DNA of 64,000 nt from a virus, in IMG/VR virus record IMGVR_UViG_3300018411_000639, positions 1 through 64,000 of that record; one strand, 5' to 3'. Both the position numbers and the translations under genes were made by a program. Positions 47,601 to 53,600 of this stretch are shown here, in pieces (within the stretch, counting starts at the first letter, position 1; each line of letters opens with the position of its first letter). A model generated the notes under the pieces. That model worked only from the letters and a program-made list of their open reading frames with translations, was not told the origin of the DNA and ran no database searches.

Positions 47601-50600
47601 CGGATGCAACCGGGCCATCCATATTGATCTTGCTCATAGGGACGACTCCGGCAAACTCACGAATCTCATCCATTCCTTTTTCATCTGTGAGAGCTTCCAG
47701 TAATCGGTGAGAGTGTTTCTGATCTGTAAAGGCGAGCATCAAGTTATCGTCCGGCCCGTTGAATAGCTGTACGGCGTAATCGTGCGCCCCGACCATCCCC
47801 ATCTTCTTGTTGAAGAAAAGGCTCTCGACTTGCTTCAGGTGATGATCGTCGTAGTTCAGCTCTGCACGCAGTTGTTCTGCCACAGGCGCGAATCCTTTTT
47901 CGGACACCCCAATCGAAACCAGAGGGCGCGTACTGTTGATTGCTTGCTCTACGGTCTTCTGGATGTCATCCGGTGTATTGCCGATCGACGCATGGAACTC
48001 ATCCAGACTATTGCCCTTGTGTTTGAAACCGGATGTATCGAACTCGAGCATCGGTTGCGTTTCTGAATTAATGTAACCCCATAGCTTGCGGTCTTCATCG
48101 CTCAACGTTCCTTCGACGCTTTGTTCGTAAAGGGTGTCGGACGTTACGTCACCGAAATCGAAATCACGCATCTGCTCCGCACTAAAACGGGACTTCACGC
48201 TATCGACGGCTTGGAATAACTCTCCTCCGATTGCTTGTGCGATGTGGTAAGGATCGGTAGCGTCACCGATGACACTGTGCTTGAAGCCTGCAGGCAACAG
48301 CTGACGACCGACAAGATCATCGGCGATAGACTTCAAGGCTTCTACTTGCAGGAACTTTTTACGAGAAGGGAGTTTTTCATGTTTCCCAACCCCTCTTACG
48401 GCATTCAGGATGCCGGCCCCCGCCGAATTGTTCGAGGATGCATTGATCCGTGTATACCCGTTTCCGCCCACAACGTCCGCTACCTCGATGGAGTGAATGT
48501 CCGCAAAGGTCCGGTCGGCAATCCGTTTGTTTCCAGCGATAGAGTTTCCTGTTTCAGGGTCTTTCGTAAGCAAGCCCCAAGCTTTCCGTAGAGCCAATGT
48601 CTTCTGTGTTTCCATGTAGTTGCCTGCAATCTTCGGTGTCAGGTTGCTTGGCACTTGTGTCAGGGCTGCGTTCGTGCCGATGGTATTGATAGCTGTCTCC
48701 ATAGTGATATTGGTGTCTTTCAGGACATTGTAGAGTTCCTTGAATGTCGTCTTCTGTTGCGGAGATTTCAGTCTGCCTAGCACTTGATCCGCATTCAAGG
48801 TCTTGTCCAATTCACTGACAGAGCCGTTCTTCACAAGGAACGCGATATCTTCCATTCGGGCCGGTCTGCCGAAGGTTTCTCTGAAGGCGATGTTTACGTC
48901 CGAGTAAGTGCCGTACATCGTTTCAGCGTAACTGAATCCTCGCCCGTTCCCTAGTTGAAACATTCCCTCAAAGTTCCGTCGCGCGCTATCGGAAATCGTG
49001 CGGCCTACTTGTTGGTCCACCATGGCAGAAGTCACCTCTCCGGGGTTCAACGGAATGCGGTTCACAGCTTGATTGGACTCCAAAGCGCTTCGCAGTTCCG
49101 CTTTCCGTCGGTACTTGCTTCGACCCTGCAAACCAACTTGAGTGGCGTAAGAGCGCAAGCCTTTGAGTGGCATCTGGCTGAAGTCTGTCAGTTCCTCGGC
49201 TTCAACGACTGTATGGATGGAGAGGTCATTCTGGAACAAGGCTTGAATGTCGTCCGGGTTCGATCTGAAAATCGTACCTGTCACATTCTGATTTCCTTCG
49301 CCTGCTCCTCGGAACCGAAGAGCGAACAACCCTTCTGCTCCCGGTTGGTTCTTCGCGACTCGACTTGCGATGCTCCCGTCAAGTTCTGCTGTTGGGATGA
49401 ATTTCATCTCATCCACCTGATAGAACTGATTGCGGTTCAATGCGTAATCAAGGTGCGGCTGAATCTCTCCGTCAATCGCCATGAAGTCGTATCCGTCTTT
49501 GTCGATCTTAACCGCTTTGTTGGCGAACACCACGCTCTCGCCCGCATTGTCTGGTGTGACGGTTCGGTTGTTTGGGTTGGAGCGAATAGCTTCCACACCT
49601 TCGAGGACGTCTTGGTAACTTTTCTGAGCAAGAGTCATGGTCGCTTTCGTATCGGATTCCGCAAGATGGGCGTCAATGTCGATACCGAAGGCCGAAGCCC
49701 ACGAACCCAGACTACCCGGACTGCTTCCTGCACTAAAGCTTTCGATGCCTTGGTTGCTGGCGATACCGCTTAACGAAGACAACATTCTTCCTTGATTGGT
49801 TGCGCTCAGACCGGTTCTGGCATCATAGTGGTTCAGCGCCTTGACGGCAGGGATGCCTTGCTCCTGCAGCACGGCGTTCAGGAAAGGAATGTCATAGTTT
49901 GTGCCATTGTAGCTGAGAAGGGCTTTCCCCGGATTGTTGGTTTCGGTGATGGCGTTCCGTAAGGAAATAAGTTGCTGTCTTCCGACGTCTGTCTGGAGTC
50001 CTTGCTTGCGGCCTACTTTAGCAAGATTGGACAAACCTGACCTTGCCCGACGAAGATCCGTTGGGTCAGGGTCGAGCAGTTTGCCCAGAGCGAAACGTTT
50101 GGAACGAGGATTCATCACAAAGGCGTTGGGGTCAGAATAGACTGTCAGCCGTTTAATGGTGGACTGCTCAGCTGCACTCAACGTATCCCACCCATCTCCC
50201 TCTGCGCGGGCTATCAACTCTAGGAAGCCTCTTCGTTGCCGTTCTTCTACACCAAAGGTAAGGACTTCGCTGATTGGCTTATTTGCCTGAATCATACCCG
50301 AAGCATTCTTCGTTACCTGTTGCCGCACAAGAGCGACTTCCGTCATGGCCAGCAATCCTTTTTCGGACTCCGTTGCGTTTGGTCCGAAGTTCCCAAGGGT
50401 TTCCAAGTCGAAACCTGTAACGTCGCCTCCGTCCACCTCGAAGATGTTGCGGATGTTCTCTGCCTGCTTCTGGATTTCATTGAGGTCAAAACCTTTTGCT
50501 GCTTCAGGGTAAGTGGTGAACGCAAACGGCACACGGGATTGTCTGGCGAGAAGTTGGTTCAGCGTATCTCTTTGTTTCTGGTAAAGCTCCTGTGCGTCGG

Positions 50601-50676
50601 GATTATCCCACATTGTCCCAAGGTTGCTGTTGAAACTGCTTCTTGTTGTGTCTCGGTTGATGTCAGCTAAATACAT
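41602..50676 (-). CDS. Giant 3024-aa single-chain two-barrel DNA-dependent RNA polymerase-like protein with an N-terminal DEDDh exonuclease (probable virion/injected protein)
   Basis: Exonuclease motifs FDLET, YNGTNYDIPFL and HLAESD; beta-like PGDFVKTGDVIG and KLGISGVEK; beta'-like HKDGIMNRFMLSGRMPFSG, KRDP and NADVDGD; located in the tail operon. Confidence 0.8.
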   Translation of the reverse strand: MYLADINRDTTRSSFNSNLGTMWDNPDAQELYQKQRDTLNQLLARQSRVPFAFTTYPEAAKGFDLNEIQKQAENIRNIFEVDGGDVTGFDLETLGNFGPNATESEKGLLAMTEVALVRQQVTKNASGMIQANKPISEVLTFGVEERQRRGFLELIARAEGDGWDTLSAAEQSTIKRLTVYSDPNAFVMNPRSKRFALGKLLDPDPTDLRRARSGLSNLAKVGRKQGLQTDVGRQQLISLRNAITETNNPGKALLSYNGTNYDIPFLNAVLQEQGIPAVKALNHYDARTGLSATNQGRMLSSLSGIASNQGIESFSAGSSPGSLGSWASAFGIDIDAHLAESDTKATMTLAQKSYQDVLEGVEAIRSNPNNRTVTPDNAGESVVFANKAVKIDKDGYDFMAIDGEIQPHLDYALNRNQFYQVDEMKFIPTAELDGSIASRVAKNQPGAEGLFALRFRGAGEGNQNVTGTIFRSNPDDIQALFQNDLSIHTVVEAEELTDFSQMPLKGLRSYATQVGLQGRSKYRRKAELRSALESNQAVNRIPLNPGEVTSAMVDQQVGRTISDSARRNFEGMFQLGNGRGFSYAETMYGTYSDVNIAFRETFGRPARMEDIAFLVKNGSVSELDKTLNADQVLGRLKSPQQKTTFKELYNVLKDTNITMETAINTIGTNAALTQVPSNLTPKIAGNYMETQKTLALRKAWGLLTKDPETGNSIAGNKRIADRTFADIHSIEVADVVGGNGYTRINASSNNSAGAGILNAVRGVGKHEKLPSRKKFLQVEALKSIADDLVGRQLLPAGFKHSVIGDATDPYHIAQAIGGELFQAVDSVKSRFSAEQMRDFDFGDVTSDTLYEQSVEGTLSDEDRKLWGYINSETQPMLEFDTSGFKHKGNSLDEFHASIGNTPDDIQKTVEQAINSTRPLVSIGVSEKGFAPVAEQLRAELNYDDHHLKQVESLFFNKKMGMVGAHDYAVQLFNGPDDNLMLAFTDQKHSHRLLEALTDEKGMDEIREFAGVVPMSKINMDGPVASVSKGRIEKSIIGSLNAYTDKDTGKLVTHYQDTLNESLTQYIYENKRIADMVSRGDFQAVNATVNRAFSKPILAAPGLSGVQTVVEGGQALKKVIPNMSDVASNHLVDMSSAINFLPAIYQRDEGVRKTLNEVFSPVVGGTDEKVASYMANWSQQLTDGGHNSLKKMKDMDIAVQEWYVKNLVYGEGLIQKVVDYGEEITDAQTVSEFKNLLDTGAHQILREDKVADGFVSTLDRVAMNSYGFMTGFTRPVQMQFQSFQSFDKDDLVGKEAKLDSLNIRVGESVVTREAAENYYGKMEAAGMGSYEGTVMANVRQMHTHEMLQALDATESRKEDVLAGLGGKYTSEDFDAVMQEFRLYSDTNLQHSLVNPILRKDLWNKNELNTFKIKDLETAKMTISPGDFVKTGDVIGTRELDGSTIDIVYNKASGQVGEIADDAMYVNPGKMVGEGDEARFVAEGQLRELKLGISGVEKTVASTVDLGDEYDDLVQAVWKESYGDAALVGKFELGKHLSGSVVAGSSVNYMAERFDELGVEGEFERLADEHLPSWNARYSRSETGDFLLDEAGKKTLLIEGNPSSDAGHLEGVRDMVRAIQDSPDEKVRQVAAEMRQMEQANSYRVPVRRMIMSEMHSAKGAEGDTGKGVSVTPKSNQMLGSNVGDAEFRIFTGERFEKVAQPILDRRMRIIQRSPEYAEGAKSLRGIMASLTHVMGEKSPGGVQDVNLEDLLIPKSGASVEEMMQTLFSVANENDGSFEGVDAFRVNLGGITIKNPETGERVGDVVIPLVRTHAVDGQVFFSDSQKKIASLLNSAKALEDGQSVRSGESIKQMQSRMDDAYKDMMGSFENELNHKDGIMNRFMLSGRMPFSGYAHGTVITSPVTEEMMKGESLAVAAEKAKADLENGIELSFANKESTKGLTLRGADGRIGYGDVLETSREQLEEMGVNFRDIGDQVVNERLANDNAFREQLIRKGILDGQGSLVLAGDPSREGIAGATKKELKKATRDWKNSPAYVAATDEAFEKAGLEYVRERGIFGTGKRDPVFKTSSDLAVSVRLNDKLKGRTLMFQGYTANSWNADVDGDMEAMILNLESSYDKEKGRNVVRLLNEQDPAELATRKLYEAQSFTNAGKDGHMAAAIDEYVGDSIKFGSSNPEDEAGDAILRHAAYIQGEQNLPTDTATGKLKDNYLHNEAVVTTAIKNKHNKGAIGYISTPNYVLREIGEEVFKDSKEDQVHLDNLLKMTDESEQKPIDVKHIKDGGEELTKVPKYRLGLTQLANGEHEMGLQNVIDAMEGPIFPKGTAPVAADILNGSVDMNIPMNQSLLSLSKMFQDPRATQIWNSPLIRSQPNPRGLMDRLKSVVNETAEGSSEVIRAKQEAIRRAKQPSAIRIDGVALDKSNYLMPNEGVYDPGIYQVKSYGQGERSRQPFVVLQETKTKKQQRVYGADMEVLGQKIQESFRIGTRSDVPAFREEIITKGAQQFVDEAMTDADTFQFRQVEALVASKTLSSQSPSDKIDVLESTVTKRGKRANRLRETVASSILSHEGYDHAIAKRAQESFFGTDEGKATSQFAGELRSRGHKDSGSLIRQFNDQIRERGASAESREQVRHSVMARDAASVKGVNSDTIPTPSSGDVGIQKIIQRTEGARGQLYNLHDVSEQLTTRYAEQVRGLDESAAERLNDQNVSKAVEEETVLTPWRQASTQNQGILKQLDEDFDTLASSQSDEAMQYLNWNSNDIIQSFLSERNIQGLGEARIAFGNQAGLKINEVSMNDLRGIYEAGSSGARNTQAARKTAEQIGHYFEALDGASIEEARQAMDRHTVQNTRGLEDEVMGGISDINDAIRKTGQSAGERKSVASAGMDAVEQIARKPMGKFGKTMIGVGVAVGLSSLLAGMQFSAPPSALKASHRPNGSGSSDSNGQFDQKPAVSPRIAPSSKERKAYVGNEGVQFHVKAKGSQDSSAVLSAVKRTVEKVNGPNLNVNLNTQDDTSQVSDSWLQEKLSGLF
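42743..42758 (+). repeat. Dispersed 16-bp motif (exact), inside the RNAP-like gene
   Basis: GTGTCGGAATTGACAC. Confidence 0.9.
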
Positions 50677-50695
50677 GCCAACCCTCCTTCATTCG

Positions 50696-53600
50696 TTATA
50701 CGAGTTTGGATGTGCGAATCTTCTCTTCGATTTCCTGTCGCTTATCCTTCTTCATTTTTACATCTACACCCACATCGCGGGTGCTGTAGCGGTAATCTAC
50801 CTCTATATCTTCTAAGCCCATCTCGGTAAGGACATCCATAAGTTTGTTTCTCACCGTCAGGGCATTACTGCGGACATTCATTTTCGGAAGAGGGATTTCT
50901 CCTTCTGCATTGGCTTGGTCGATTTGATCCTGCCAAACATCGAACTCCCCGAAGTCCAGTCCCTGCTGCTTAATCATCTTGATTTTCACACTGTCGAGGT
51001 CTGTCTCCTCGTTCCACCCTTCCCACTCTGCATCGGGCAGAACGTTCTCCTGGAAGTACGCATCCAGAGAAGGCTTATCTTCGACAGGCATTCCCCATGT
51101 ACTCTCTAAAGCTCGTCGCAGGTACTTTGGAGCCAGACTCAGAATCTTGCCCTTCTCTTCTTCCGGAGCCTTCATAAAGTACTTCATGTACTGGCGGTCT
51201 GTCTTTGGTAACGCAGCTAGAATGTTGGCCAGAGGATCTCCACGATCATAACCGTACATCGTCTTCTCCGATTTGTTGTAGTAGTCGATGGCTTTGGTGG
51301 CATCTGAGGACAGGCGAGTGACGCTTCTGTCGCTTTGGATCTCGGTCAGCTCCTTATTGATTTGACCGACAATGAGTGACTGAGAGGCTTGCATGTCAAC
51401 GTACTTTGGCGCACCTGTCTTGAACTCGAACTGATCTCTGTCTGCGTAGTTCATCTTGATGAATTTCTTGAAGTCCATCAGATCCCGTTTGCGGGCTTTC
51501 TTGTCCTGTCCGTTGAACTCGGCACTCTTCATGAAGGCTTTCACGTCGAAGCCTTCTTCTTTGAGCGTCTTTTGTGCGTACTCCTCGTAGAGTCCGCGGT
51601 ACTTCACGTATTTCAAGGTGTCGATGTATTCGTTCAGATTGCGTTCCTTCTGGCGTGTTTCTGGTATCCAGCGTTCGCCTGTCGTAGCTTCTTTTGTTCC
51701 GACAATAGCTTTCCCGATGGCGGTGACAGAGAAACCTGTCAAGGCTCCCAATATCTTTCCGTAACGGGTAGATCCGAACGCTGACCCGAGCAACGTCCCC
51801 CAAATCAAACCACTTGGTCGGTTGATGCTTTCCCGAATGGCAGGAATCAGGAAGTCACGTACAGGATGCGTCCAGTTCTGGAAATCCTTGCCGTACACTT
51901 CTCGTTGCTCGTAACTCTCTGCCGCACTTCTTACCTGAAGGACTTTCGTATGAAACGGTGTGTTCAGATGGGACACAGCCTCCCATGCTTTCCCGAAGGC
52001 GATCTCCATCGGATTGTAGCGGGCATGGATGGATGCAGGAGTGAAGTCATCCTCTTTCTCCGTAGCAAGGCCGCGCTTCACCATGGTCTTGTTTACATTC
52101 AATCCGTTGCTGTAGACCACGGCCCGAATACTGTTGACGGTATCTTTTGTGACCTGATTGGCTTCATCCATATCGTAACCGATTCTCACGGATCGACCGG
52201 GTTTCAGCAGCTGAGCCAGTTGCTTGCTCGCTTCCTCTCCCGTTCCATCTGCCATCGCTTCGCTTACGTGTACTCCGGCTAGTTTGATTGGATTGTCGGG
52301 CATCTCGTTCGCGATAAAGGTGTTGTTGCTCAGCATCTTTTTGACGGTCACAGTCTTCATTTCAAGGTTCGCCGTTTTGAATCGGTACGGATAAATCCGC
52401 ATCGGCTCTTTGGCTTCGGTGACGCGATTGTCGATGGCAGACACTTCTTCTTGCTCTTCTGTTGTGATCTTCATCTTGGACAGCATAGCCTTTGTTTCTG
52501 CATATTCTCGCGAGTACGGAGCCACATCGCCTAATATCCTCAGGCGGTCAATCGGATCGTAAAGTTCTCCTCTGCCAATCGACCCATCCGCTATACCGTT
52601 CCGGATGTAATCACGGGCTGTCCGAAGGTTATTCAAGGACTCCTGAAGCAAATCATCGCTATATTTGAATTTTGCTGTATACGTCTGATTTGGGTCGTCC
52701 CGGTTTATATATTGAACATACCCGTTCCCCTTTTCTTGTCCTAGCGCCCACATATAATAATTCACTTGTTTGTGGTGGTCTGCTCGAGCCTCTCCTGTTT
52801 TGAGGACCTCTCTAAAGCCTTTGTCACTAATTGTCTTGATGTCGACTACACCTATCTTTGTTCTCGAAGATTCGTCATGAATGACGGCATCGTAGAAACC
52901 GAGGACGCCGTTCTCTTCGTCTTCGATCTTCCCTTCTGTATCAAGGGCGAGGCCGGACTTCAACCACATATCTTCTATTTTTTTGTGGTACTCCGTTCCT
53001 TCATCAACGATACTCTGCAAGCCTTCGTCCGTAATCGGGTCTTGGTTCAGCAAGTGCTTGATGATTTCCTCGGGTTCTTTTCCTAGAGTGGACGAACCGA
53101 CACGAAGCGCCGTAGGGTCTTTGATGTTCCACGTTCGCTCGTAGCCTTCTCCAGGTAGTCGCATCTCTCCCTTGGCTACTTTCGTATAAGGGTCACCTGT
53201 TTGGAAGTTGGTAAAGTAATCCTCGCCCGGCATCCATTCTGGCATCGTGTTCTTGATTGGGTTGATGTACGCAACATCATTCCTTCTTTTCGGCAAGAAG
53301 CGTCGGAAGATTTCCGAGAACTCTCCTCCGAGCCCGCCAGCGTTCTGATCCCAGAACTGGCGATTGAACGACATAGACCAACCCGGGGTGTCTATAACTT
53401 CTTTTTCAGCTTGCGCTTCACCGGTAACGAATCCTTGGATTGCAAAGCCGTAAATACCAGCTATATCGCCCCACTGGTTCGCCTGTTCGCTCAAGCTATG
53501 CCCTACACTGTTTGGTGAAGCAACATCCCCTATTGTAGGTTCAGGCGTTACTGGTGGAGTCGTGTCCACTCGCGTGTCCGCACTTACAGCTTTGCTTAGC

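Noticed and set aside
41602-50676. Naming the giant gene rpoB/rpoC or dnaQ
   Set aside because: Only short catalytic motifs match; the architecture and context are unlike the cellular genes
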